Program-made: the position numbers and the translations under genes
Part shown: positions 34,163-42,091 of the stretch, piece after piece
Layout: the number at the start of each line of letters is the position of its first letter
Numbering within the stretch: the stretch's first letter is position 1
Source: a virus
Taxonomy: Duplodnaviria > Caudoviricetes
Strand: one strand, 5' to 3'
Length of the DNA stretch: 42,612 bases
Virus record (IMG/VR): IMGVR_UViG_3300049171_000178
Span: 1-42,612 of that record
The notes under the pieces: generated by a model
What the model saw: only the letters and a program-made list of their open reading frames with translations
The model's database searches: none
What the model was told of the DNA's origin: nothing

Positions 34163-34956
34163 CGTGTTCCCCCTGCTGTTCCAGCACCATGCCGCTGCTC
34201 GAGCGCGCGAAGCCGCATCGCTGCCACCCCGAACGTGTCCTTGCCGCTGGCGATCTGCTGGCGGAGCGTGGCCGCAAGCTGCGCTGGCGTGAGGTGCCGC
34301 GGCGTGACGGGGCGCGCCTCAGAGCCGGCCGGCGCGTCGTTGCGCCTAGCGGCCACGTCCGCCTTGAAGGCCTGCAGCTGAGCCGCGACATGCGCTACCA
34401 CCTCCGGGGTGCGCTGTTCCTGCTGCGGCTCATGGGCGAGGGCAGGGGAGCAGCCACCGCCCGGGTTAGCGATGCGCTCCAGCGCAGCCAGCTTCGCCCG
34501 CCAGCCCTTAGCGATCGGCTCCACCACCGCCAGCACGTCGCCCGCCGAGGGGAAGAACCGAGTCTCGGCATAGAGGGCGCGGCGGCTCTCCACCGTGAAG
34601 CAGGCGCCCGGTAGGTGGGCGCAGTCCTGGCCGATGGCGTTGATCCTGACCCGGAGGTCCGCCTCGTTCTGCGGGTTGCGGCACGCTGCGTTGACCGCGC
34701 CGAGCCACGCCACGAGCTGCGCCCGGGTAACCGGCGCATCGAGCATCTTGCGGTAGCGCTCGGCGACCCACTCGGCCTCCTGGCGCTGGGCCGGCGTGAT
34801 GGACCGCGGCGAGAAGCTGCGCAGCGCCTGGGCAGCAGGATCCGGGTCGACGAGGCGCGCCACGTCCACTGCGAGAGCCCGGCTCATCCTCGGCTCGACG
34901 GGCTCCAGGGTGGTCGGGGAGACGGCGCCGGCATGGCGGGTGGTCACGGCGTTCAT
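34159..34956 (-). CDS. Putative helicase loader (lambda P position)
   Basis: Follows the initiator with ATGA overlap; RFFPSAGD motif; start reset to 34956. Confidence 0.55.
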   Translation of the reverse strand: MNAVTTRHAGAVSPTTLEPVEPRMSRALAVDVARLVDPDPAAQALRSFSPRSITPAQRQEAEWVAERYRKMLDAPVTRAQLVAWLGAVNAACRNPQNEADLRVRINAIGQDCAHLPGACFTVESRRALYAETRFFPSAGDVLAVVEPIAKGWRAKLAALERIANPGGGCSPALAHEPQQEQRTPEVVAHVAAQLQAFKADVAARRNDAPAGSEARPVTPRHLTPAQLAATLRQQIASGKDTFGVAAMRLRALEQRHGAGTAGGTR

Positions 34957-35834
34957 TCGGCTGCCATCCTCTCGAAGGTCCCTGGCTCGTTCATCCAGCC
35001 CAGCTTCGACCTGCCGGCCGAGGACGGCGCGCCGCCACCGCGTGGTCGGGCGAAGCGGTCCTGGTTGCGGCACCAGTTGCGCCAGGTCGCGGACCAGTCG
35101 ACCTTGCGCCCGTCCTTCCCCGGCTTGCCGCGCCAGTGGTCGCGGAAGCCGGCCGCCACCTCGTCGGGGTCGTGGCCCAGACCGTGGGCGAATTGCCGAT
35201 CGGTCTCGCTGGGCTGCCAGTTCTCCGGCAGCCGCGTGCCAAGCGCCGTCGCGCCGCTGGGGGAGGGAGCCCCCGAAGGGGGCGAGGGGGTTTCTTCTTT
35301 TCCCTGTCCCTGTCCCTTGGGATCGCGCCGGGCATCCCCATGGGGATCGCCATGGGGATGCTTGCGGGCACCTCGCGGGGATGCCTCCGGGGATGCGTCG
35401 GGCATCCCGTGAGCATCGCGCGCATCATCCCCGCGCGATCCCCAGCGCTTCTCATTGGCACGCTTGCTGCGCTCCCGCTGGAGAAGCCGGAAGGACCACG
35501 CCTCGCGCGCCTTCTCCGCGATGACAGGGTGGTAGAGCCGGCCATCGCTGCACTTCACCCAGCCACGCAGCGCCACCGCAGCCACCTTCGACCAGCGCGA
35601 GCCGGCGCCGGACAGGTGAGCGAGGATGCGGGGATCGTCGGGCAGGCTGGCGGCAGGCACCTGCAACCAGGCCTTGCCCCAGAGCAGCACGGCGGCCTTG
35701 AACTCGTCCCCGGTGGAGAGCGCCACCAGGTCGCTGTCGCCCAGCCGCACGACGTCCAGCGGCATGAAGGGCAGACCCCTCAGGTCGCAATCCGAAGGGG
35801 TGAGAGGCTCGGGTGCGTCAGTGCTCATGGTCAC
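34953..35834 (-). CDS. Replication initiator, DUF1376 family (lambda O position)
   Basis: CDLRGLPFMPLDV.RL.DS, W.QVPAASLPDD, WVKCSDGRLYHPV.AEKA; C-terminal RLP..WQP...F.DHW...DW.ATWRNW. Confidence 0.85.
   Translation of the reverse strand: MTMSTDAPEPLTPSDCDLRGLPFMPLDVVRLGDSDLVALSTGDEFKAAVLLWGKAWLQVPAASLPDDPRILAHLSGAGSRWSKVAAVALRGWVKCSDGRLYHPVIAEKAREAWSFRLLQRERSKRANEKRWGSRGDDARDAHGMPDASPEASPRGARKHPHGDPHGDARRDPKGQGQGKEETPSPPSGAPSPSGATALGTRLPENWQPSETDRQFAHGLGHDPDEVAAGFRDHWRGKPGKDGRKVDWSATWRNWCRNQDRFARPRGGGAPSSAGRSKLGWMNEPGTFERMAAE
35291..35444. repeat. Putative replication origin iterons inside the initiator gene
   Basis: GGGGATGC at 35354, 35377, 35389; inverted GCATCCCC at 35332 and GCATCCCG at 35402; palindrome ATCCCCATGGGGAT 35334-35347; adjacent T-rich tract. 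Confidence 0.65.
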
Positions 35835-36097
35835 ATCCCAAGGGCCCGGCGGTAGAGGTCCAGAAGCGTTTCCTGCTCCTCCACCTCGGCGGGCTCCTGC
35901 TTGCGGATCCTGATGATCTGGCGGACCACCTTCACCTCGAAGCCGGCGCTCTTGGCTTCCGTGAAGATGTCTTTGATGTCGTCGGAGAGGGCCTTGCGCT
36001 CCTCCTCCAGCCGCTCGACACGCTCGATGATGGAGCGCAGGCGGTCGGACGCGATACCGCCGACGTCGGGGTCAGGCACTTCCTGCTCATCCGCCAC
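35831..36097 (-). CDS. gapR: GapR/DUF2312 nucleoid-associated protein homolog
   Basis: LRSIIERVERLEEERKALSDDIKDIFTEAKSAGFEVKVVRQIIRIRK...LYRRALGM; GTG 36097 with GAGGAG RBS. Confidence 0.93.
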   Translation of the reverse strand: MADEQEVPDPDVGGIASDRLRSIIERVERLEEERKALSDDIKDIFTEAKSAGFEVKVVRQIIRIRKQEPAEVEEQETLLDLYRRALGM

Positions 36098-36509
36098 GGC
36101 CGATCTCCTCAATGTCCCATCCGCCGCCATCGCGGGCCTTGCGCGGGATCACGATCTTGAAGACGAAGGGGTAGGTCTCGGCCGCGACCTTCATCTTGAC
36201 CTTGGCGTCGTCGGTGATGATCGCGCGGGCGCCCTTGGTGTCGTGCAGCTCAAGCACGTGGCTCGCAGGCAGCACGGCGAAGTCCACTGTCAGGAAGGTG
36301 CTACCAGCTAGGCGCAGCTTGATCGCCTCGAACTTCCACCAGAGCACCTCGCCTGCATGGCGCTGCGCCTCGAGGTGCGCCGCATAGGCCTCCTCGGTCC
36401 GGTTCATCGTGCCGACCGGCAGGCGGCCCTTGGCCTGGAACATGGCGGAGGGGCTGCGCACCTCCTTCTGCAATGCGTGAAGTTCGGCGACGCTCATGCG
36501 CGAGGTCAT
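36087..36509 (-). CDS. DUF1064-like PD-(D/E)XK nuclease, possible resolvase
   Basis: MNRTE..YA..LE.....GE..WW.FE..KLRLA....T.DF.V......E.HDTKG. Confidence 0.75.
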   Translation of the reverse strand: MTSRMSVAELHALQKEVRSPSAMFQAKGRLPVGTMNRTEEAYAAHLEAQRHAGEVLWWKFEAIKLRLAGSTFLTVDFAVLPASHVLELHDTKGARAIITDDAKVKMKVAAETYPFVFKIVIPRKARDGGGWDIEEIGRGG

Positions 36510-36730
36510 GCCGTCACCTGCTCTTCCCAGGCGTCCGCCAGGCGCTCCAGACACTCCGCGAAGGAGGGCTGGCCCATCACGCGGTGGAACGCCGCCACAC
36601 CGCGAGCCGCCTCCGACATCAGCGCGTGGTCACATATGTCCGGATCAAGCCCACGGCCCTTTGCCAAGGAGCGCGCGGCCATCTGGCAGGCGGAGAAGAC
36701 TTGGCCCGCCTCTAGCGACACCTTGCTCAT
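36506..36730 (-). CDS. Hypothetical protein (74 aa)
   Basis: ATGA overlaps on both sides. Confidence 0.65.
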   Translation of the reverse strand: MSKVSLEAGQVFSACQMAARSLAKGRGLDPDICDHALMSEAARGVAAFHRVMGQPSFAECLERLADAWEEQVTA

Positions 36731-37203
36731 GACGCACCGCCGATCTTGGGCGCCGTCCCGCCGAGCGCGGCCGCGCCTTCGCTTGCCCTGCGCGCGACGT
36801 CGAGCAGCTCGCCCTGGATTCGATCGCGATCCCGCTCGCAGATCACGCCATCGGCCATGCCGGCTGACAGCGCCTGCAGCGCTTCATTCGTCTCCTGGGC
36901 CACGGCGGAGACGATCTGAACCGCGCAGCCCGCCTCGACCGCGCCGATCGGCACCAGGCGGAAGCCCATACGCGCCGCCATCTCCTCGATCAGGCACGCG
37001 TCACCCGTCACCATAGACAGGCGCGCCGCGACGTCCACGGGCATGAACTGCTCGTGGTGCGCGCTCTGGTAGTTGGCGAGCTGGGATCGGCCCACCCTGC
37101 CGCGCAGGCAGGCCGCCGCAGCCTCCAGCCCGCCGGCCTTCTCGATCAGGACGCGAGCCAGCGTCTTGAACGCCATGTCGCTGTCAGCGGGGCGGTCACT
37201 CAT
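36727..37203 (-). CDS. CII-like phage regulatory protein
   Basis: Downstream of cro; LI..AGG.EAAA, SQL.NY......FMP.DV, ADG.I...ER pattern; start reset to 37203. Confidence 0.7.
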   Translation of the reverse strand: MSDRPADSDMAFKTLARVLIEKAGGLEAAAACLRGRVGRSQLANYQSAHHEQFMPVDVAARLSMVTGDACLIEEMAARMGFRLVPIGAVEAGCAVQIVSAVAQETNEALQALSAGMADGVICERDRDRIQGELLDVARRASEGAAALGGTAPKIGGAS

Positions 37204-37423
37204 GGGCGGCTCCGGGGCATGTGGAGTGATTCCAGATGCGATCCGAGGCGGCTTCGGGCACATCGATCGCATGAGACGAGAGGCACATCGGCGCCACCGC
37301 GCCGCGGCGAATGCAGGAGAGGGGCGGCATGGCTGCCGTGCCGGGCTCGGCCGGGCCGCTCGGCAACCAGCGCTCCATGGCGTCCGGCCAACGGTCCGGT
37401 CGGCGCGCCTCAGAGGCACCCAT
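37196..37423 (-). CDS. Hypothetical protein (75 aa)
   Basis: Part of a coupled stop/start chain from cro to cII; weak composition support. Confidence 0.35.
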   Translation of the reverse strand: MGASEARRPDRWPDAMERWLPSGPAEPGTAAMPPLSCIRRGAVAPMCLSSHAIDVPEAASDRIWNHSTCPGAAHE

Positions 37424-37488
37424 CTAGGCCAGCATCCGCCAGGCGGCGGTGGCCAGCGCCCACGGCACTGCGCCAACGAGCGCGCCCA

Positions 37489-37701
37489 TCAGGAGCAAGC
37501 TTCCGCAGGTTGGGGTGCGGGAAACACGTCCGGGCGTAGCTCATGAGGAGCGAGCCCGGTGATCTCAGCCACGCTAAGCACCCGTTCGGCCGGGACCTTT
37601 TGCCACTGGCTCACCGCGCTCGGCGTGACGCCAGCGGCGGCAGCAATGCGACTGATGGTGCCGCGCACCTTCAGGGCCTCTTGGAGGATCGGGTCTCTCA
37701 T
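37489..37701 (-). CDS. cro: Cro-like HTH regulator (YdaS-like)
   Basis: IAAAAGVTPSAVSQWQKVPAERV..V..ITG...HELRPDVF; divergent from cI. Confidence 0.9.
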   Translation of the reverse strand: MRDPILQEALKVRGTISRIAAAAGVTPSAVSQWQKVPAERVLSVAEITGLAPHELRPDVFPAPQPAEACS

Positions 37702-37708
37702 GCCGTAC

Positions 37709-37790
37709 TTATTAGGCCGACTAACATTCGGTTGCAAGGCAAACTAACAGCACGTGCGGATCAGGCTGTGCGATGCCTGAGCATGGCTAA
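37709..37790 (-). promoter_or_regulatory. pR promoter and OR operators
   Basis: Minus strand TTGCAA-N17-TAATAA ending 7 nt before the cro ATG; TTAG-GCCGA-CTAA 37712-37724; degenerate copies 37735-37747 and 37778-37790. Confidence 0.75.
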
Positions 37791-38163
37791 CAAACCATCC
37801 ACCGTCTCTGAACGTGCATTGGCGATAGGCCATCGCATTCGCGCCAAGCGCGAACGAATCGGGAACACACAGGCCGAGTTAGCGGCTAAGGTGAAGATCA
37901 CGACGGGCGCGATTGGCCAGTACGAGACGGGGAAGGCCACCCCACGTTTCCCGACGTTGGAGCGAATTGCCTTGGCGCTTCAAGTGTCTACGGGTTGGCT
38001 CCTCCATGGAGACGACCCGGAAGAGAGGGCCAAGGCGCAGACTGCTGCTGAGCTGGAGACCCTAGAACTGATCCGGCAGTTACCCGGCCCGATGCAGCCG
38101 GTTGCGACGGCTGCGATCCGTGGCATCGTGGCCCAACTCAAGGCCGAAGCCGAAAAAAATTAG
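37783..38163 (+). CDS. cI: CI-like XRE HTH repressor without S24 peptidase domain (126 aa)
   Basis: RIRAKRERIGNTQAELAAKVKITTGAIGQYETGKATP...LERIALALQVSTGWLLHG; start reset to 37783. Confidence 0.88.
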   Translation: MANKPSTVSERALAIGHRIRAKRERIGNTQAELAAKVKITTGAIGQYETGKATPRFPTLERIALALQVSTGWLLHGDDPEERAKAQTAAELETLELIRQLPGPMQPVATAAIRGIVAQLKAEAEKN

Positions 38164-38210
38164 TCTGACTAATTTTCTGGTTGCCCCGTCTTGTTAGCGG
38201 TACTAACAAG
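38156..38210 (+). promoter_or_regulatory. pL promoter and OL operators
   Basis: Perfect 8-5-8 palindromes AAAATTAG-tctga-CTAATTTT (38156-38176) and CTTGTTAG-cggta-CTAACAAG (38190-38210); TTGCCC-N17-TAACAA. Confidence 0.8.
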
Positions 38211-38236
38211 GTCTCCGCAACGCCGGAGACCCGCTA

Positions 38237-38575
38237 ATGCCTATCACCTCCCCTCCATGGGTAGCTGAGGCACTTTCGAGCCAGCACTTCCGCGTCACTG
38301 GTGGCGCTGGAAGCAATGGACAATCCAACCTGATCTGCATCGTTAACGGCCAGAACACTCAGGCTGACGCTGCGCTGATCGCCCGAGCTCCAGACTTTGA
38401 GAGCGAGGCCCGGGCCACCCTCGCCGACCTTTACTTGGTGGAGATGGTGCTCTCTGAGCTTCGGCGTGCGGTGAACCTGGACCGCGAGGTCCGGGTGATC
38501 GTGCCGACCCTGAAGCGTGTCCACGCTAGGCAGGCGTCTGCTCGCGCCGTCCTCACTTCAGAGGAGGCGGTCTGA
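38237..38575 (+). CDS. Hypothetical early protein (112 aa)
   Basis: First gene after pL; GGAG RBS; ADAALIARAPD motif common in phage early proteins. Confidence 0.7.
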   Translation: MPITSPPWVAEALSSQHFRVTGGAGSNGQSNLICIVNGQNTQADAALIARAPDFESEARATLADLYLVEMVLSELRRAVNLDREVRVIVPTLKRVHARQASARAVLTSEEAV

Positions 38576-38577
38576 CT

Positions 38578-39087
38578 ATGAACGCCATCACCAACAATTC
38601 CGCGGCGCTGCAGGGGCAGTCTGGTCTCGGCGCCTCCGCTTCTGGCGCCGCCCTGCCGCCACCGCGAGACGAGATGTCCGTCTCAGCGGTTTGGGGTCAC
38701 CTCGAAGTTCTGCGAGGCATGCTCGGGCCGAAAGCCGACGTGTCCGCCAGCATCTGGACGGGCTCGCGCACTGACTGCGCGATGAGCATCGGCCTCTACC
38801 CCGAAGGCCTGACCGGCAAGGGCGACCGGAAGAGCATCGCCGCGCTGTCCTGGCCTCAGGGGCTGAGCGACGCCTACGCCTGGGCACGCACCCGCGGCCC
38901 GATCATGCGCGAGGCCGCCATCCGGCGCATGGCGCTGGACATTATCGACGTCACCGATGCCGAGGGCGGGTGCAGTGCCCAGGCCCTGCAACGGCGCGGT
39001 TCCTTCGTCCCGGAGCTGGTGGAGCTTGCCTGCCAGCGCGCGGCCGAGATGAGCGCCGGCGCCCCGTTCACCGTGACGGGGGCCTGA
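38578..39087 (+). CDS. Hypothetical early protein (169 aa)
   Basis: GAGGAGG RBS; tight packing. Confidence 0.7.
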   Translation: MNAITNNSAALQGQSGLGASASGAALPPPRDEMSVSAVWGHLEVLRGMLGPKADVSASIWTGSRTDCAMSIGLYPEGLTGKGDRKSIAALSWPQGLSDAYAWARTRGPIMREAAIRRMALDIIDVTDAEGGCSAQALQRRGSFVPELVELACQRAAEMSAGAPFTVTGA

Positions 39088-39090
39088 GCC

Positions 39091-39489
39091 ATGGCCGACC
39101 TGTCCCCCAAGGGCTTCACCCGCGCCACGCCGAACCAGTCGGGCAGCGCCACCGCCGCCCAGCTACAGAGCTCCCCTCTGCGTACTGCAGGCGCCAAGGT
39201 CGCCACCGCCTTCGAGGCGGTGGAGAAGCTCTCCGCGAACATCACCGTCCGCCAGATCGCCGTCCTGGCCCGTGCGGTGGAGCGCCCTGGCGAGACCACC
39301 GTGGCGAGCCTCTCCGCCTCGCTCGAGGTGTCCAAGCCGGTCGTGACCCGCGCGCTGGACCGCCTCCGCGACCTGAACCTGGCGCACCGCCGCATCAGCA
39401 CGGCTGACCGGCGCGTCGTTCTGGTCGATCCGACCCCGTTTGGTGTCCGCCTAATCGCCGAAGCCGCCCGCGCGCTGGTGAGCGACTGA
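39091..39489 (+). CDS. MarR-type winged-helix protein
   Basis: TVRQIAVL...TVASLSASLEVSKPVVTRALDRL....L..R.....DRRVVLV..T. Confidence 0.85.
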   Translation: MADLSPKGFTRATPNQSGSATAAQLQSSPLRTAGAKVATAFEAVEKLSANITVRQIAVLARAVERPGETTVASLSASLEVSKPVVTRALDRLRDLNLAHRRISTADRRVVLVDPTPFGVRLIAEAARALVSD

Positions 39490-39609
39490 GCCAATGGCGA
39501 GGTCAGCTGCCTGCCGACCTCACCGCGATGGTCGAGAACACCATGCGCGGCGAGGCGGTCCTCTTCACCACGAGCCGAATTCAACCCAAGCCCGAGGGAG
39601 TGCAGGCGC

Positions 39610-40809
39610 ATGCCTGATGGGATGACCTATGCCGAGAAGGCTGAGGCGCAGGCGGCCATCGCGGCGCCGGCGAGCGGTGCACTGGTCCTGGCCGGGCACC
39701 TGCTGAACGCGGCGCGGATCGCGAAGCTTGCCACCGCGCGACGCAACACCGTCCCCATCCTCTCCAACCTGCTGCTGCAGGTCGAGGATGAGGTGCTGAC
39801 GGCTGTGGGCACCGACATGGAGCTTCGCAGCGCCGCCATCGCCCCGGCGCGCGGAACGCTGGGCCCGGTCACCGTCTCCGCACAGGTGCTGGTGGACCTG
39901 CTAGCCCGCTTGCCTCCCGATGCCGAGGTAACGCTGGAGGAGGACAAGGCGCTGGGTCGCCTGATCCTGCGCGCGCCAGGTCTCACCGCGAAAATGTTCG
40001 CCCTGCCGGCGGAGGACTTCCCCTCGTTCAACGGGCCAGCACCGCGGGCTTGCGAGTTCGACATTCCGGTCGCGTCGCTGCGGCGGCTGCTGACCCTGCC
40101 GGGGCACGCGATAAGCACCGAGGAGACGCGTTACTACCTCAACGGCCTCTATCTCCACATCGCCACCGCGCCGGAGTCGAAGCTCTGTACGGTGGCGACG
40201 GATGGTCATCGCCTGGCGCTGGCGGAGGAGGAGGTGCCGGTGGGCGCGGCGCGGATGCCCGACGTCATCGTGCCGCGTGGCGCGGTGTCGGTCGTGCGGG
40301 GCCTTCTCTCCCAACGCCTGACCGGCGCCGTCCGGGTCACGGTCTCGGACACGCGCGTGCGCTTCGTCGCGCCGGGTTGGGTCATCCAGGCCAAGGTGAT
40401 CGACGGCACCTACCCGGACTGGCGGCGGGTCGTACCGGCCCAAGGGCAGGCCAAGCGCCGCCTGAAGGTGCCGGATCCGAAGGGCTTCGCCCGGCTGCTG
40501 GAGATGGCGGCGAGCATCTCCTCCGAGCGCTCGCGTCCTGTGCGGATTGAGAAGCGCCAGGGCGACACAACCGTGTGGATCACCGTCGCCAGCCCCGATC
40601 AGGGCGAGGCAGAGTTGCAGATGCCGCAGGACGTGGCGGCCTGGGACGAGGCGTCGCCCGAGGTCCAGGTCGGCTTCCAGATGCGCTACCTGCGTGCCGT
40701 GGCCCATGCCGTACCGAGCGGCCTGACCTTCCACATCCAGGATCCCTCAGCGCCGATGCGGGTGGAGTTCCCCGCCGGCCTGGCGGTCCTCATGCCGATG
40801 AGGGTCTGA
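39610..40809 (+). CDS. dnaN: DNA polymerase III beta sliding clamp homolog
   Basis: RRNTVPILSN.LL, GTDME, LPAEDFP, AISTEETRYYLNG, VATDGHRLA, IVPR, KVIDGTYPDW.RVVP, VLMPMRV. Confidence 0.93.
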   Translation: MPDGMTYAEKAEAQAAIAAPASGALVLAGHLLNAARIAKLATARRNTVPILSNLLLQVEDEVLTAVGTDMELRSAAIAPARGTLGPVTVSAQVLVDLLARLPPDAEVTLEEDKALGRLILRAPGLTAKMFALPAEDFPSFNGPAPRACEFDIPVASLRRLLTLPGHAISTEETRYYLNGLYLHIATAPESKLCTVATDGHRLALAEEEVPVGAARMPDVIVPRGAVSVVRGLLSQRLTGAVRVTVSDTRVRFVAPGWVIQAKVIDGTYPDWRRVVPAQGQAKRRLKVPDPKGFARLLEMAASISSERSRPVRIEKRQGDTTVWITVASPDQGEAELQMPQDVAAWDEASPEVQVGFQMRYLRAVAHAVPSGLTFHIQDPSAPMRVEFPAGLAVLMPMRV

Positions 40810-40814
40810 CCGCC

Positions 40815-41162
40815 ATGGACATCGAGACCCAGATCGCGCTGCCGCTCGACAACCAAACGCCCAAGCACGTCCCGGAGCCGCGGCCCTGGCCGCAGGACAA
40901 GTGCACCCCCGCGCTCCACCGGGTCCTGTCGAAGGCGCGGGAGAAGGGCTGTGTCCGGCGCGCCGGCATCTATGCCGACGCGCCCCAAAGCGACGCCGCG
41001 GACCATCCGGAGTTTGACCGGCAGTCCGCCATTGAGCGCTGCATCGCGGCCGGCTGGCTCGCGGCCGGCGTGGCCTTCAACACCTACGTCCTGACGCCGT
41101 CAGGAAGGGTCCGTCTCGATGCGCCCGCCGATGAGGCGGGGGAGGGCGGCTCCGATGCGTGA
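40815..41162 (+). CDS. Hypothetical protein (115 aa) with N-terminal QIALPL motif
   Basis: Starts 5 nt after the dnaN stop; wHTH-like ending (CI.AGWL....YVLT..GR). Confidence 0.65.
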   Translation: MDIETQIALPLDNQTPKHVPEPRPWPQDKCTPALHRVLSKAREKGCVRRAGIYADAPQSDAADHPEFDRQSAIERCIAAGWLAAGVAFNTYVLTPSGRVRLDAPADEAGEGGSDA

Positions 41163-41409
41163 CCTGCTGGGGCACAGGGTCGCGGCCCGGCGGCCGTTCC
41201 GCACCTTCTGGGTGGTCTGGTGCCCGACCGGCATGAAGCCGCCGAGCTACCGGCACGAGACGCCGGAGCACGCCCAGCGCGAGGCGGAGCGCCTCGCCAT
41301 CGCAAACCCCGAGCTGCAGTTTTTCGTGCTCCGGTCCGAGAGCTGCAGCCAGGCGCCGCGCGTCGTCACCACCCGCTCGGAGGCTGCCGATGCCGACATC
41401 CCGTTCTAG
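41155..41409 (+). CDS. Hypothetical protein (84 aa) ending in DADIPF
   Basis: GGGGAGG RBS; FWVVW.P....P...H.....A..EAERLA pattern. Confidence 0.75.
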   Translation: MRDLLGHRVAARRPFRTFWVVWCPTGMKPPSYRHETPEHAQREAERLAIANPELQFFVLRSESCSQAPRVVTTRSEAADADIPF

Positions 41410-41416
41410 GGCGGCT

Positions 41417-41527
41417 GTGGACTGCGCGAGCACCATCGCGGCCATCCTAATCATGCCCTTCCTTGCGGCGACCGTCTTCATGGAGCTGCAGCCCATCCTG
41501 CACTGGCTGCTGAGGGACGCGGCATGA
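41417..41527 (+). CDS. Unannotated 36-aa hydrophobic peptide
   Basis: GTG start, MDCASTIAAILIMPFLAATVFMELQPILHWLLRDAA; fills the gap and overlaps the next ATG. Confidence 0.45.
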   Translation: MDCASTIAAILIMPFLAATVFMELQPILHWLLRDAA

Positions 41528-41766
41528 GCGAGACCACCGAGGCGCCGCGCGTGCGCAGCAACGCGGAGATCCGGACGGACGAGATCGTGGCGGCGTTCGA
41601 GCGCTGCACCGATGCCGCCTCCGTCCTCCGGACGATCGACCGGGCGCTCCGCTCCATGGATGCCCTGCGACAGCTCGATGACCAGTCGCATTGGAAGCGC
41701 GCCGAAGCTGCCCGCGCCGCGGCCTACCAGCGCCATGTCAAGCCGCCGGAAGCCACCAATGCCTGA
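41524..41766 (+). CDS. Hypothetical protein (80 aa)
   Basis: GAGGGA RBS; coupled overlaps. Confidence 0.65.
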   Translation: MSETTEAPRVRSNAEIRTDEIVAAFERCTDAASVLRTIDRALRSMDALRQLDDQSHWKRAEAARAAAYQRHVKPPEATNA

Positions 41767-42091
41767 GGGGATGAAGGGGACTCGCGCTCCCGTTAGCGTG
41801 CAGCGGCGCGCCGGCCTGCAGCGTGAGCAGATCCAGGTGGCGGTGGTCTGGGACGGCCAGGTGCCGCCCGAGCACCAGGCGGCCTTCGCGCACAAACTCC
41901 GTGCGCCGGACGGCCGCGAGGTGGTTGCGCGCTGGATCACCGACACGCTCTTCGCAGATGGCGGCGGGCACTGGTGGGTCGAGGGGCGGGAAGGGGGCGC
42001 CTCCGCGGCGTACCTCTCGGCCCGAGGCTACGGCTACGTCGCGGCGCTAGACGCCGCCACCGCAAGTGCACTGAAGGAGACTGACCAGTGA
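41759..42091 (+). CDS. Hypothetical protein (110 aa)
   Basis: 8-nt overlap start at 41759; GTGA overlap with the next gene. Confidence 0.6.
   Translation: MPEGMKGTRAPVSVQRRAGLQREQIQVAVVWDGQVPPEHQAAFAHKLRAPDGREVVARWITDTLFADGGGHWWVEGREGGASAAYLSARGYGYVAALDAATASALKETDQ

Noticed and set aside
34166-34181. GTTC...GTTC direct repeat before the late regulator
   Set aside because: Spacer is 8 nt, not the 7 nt needed for LexA
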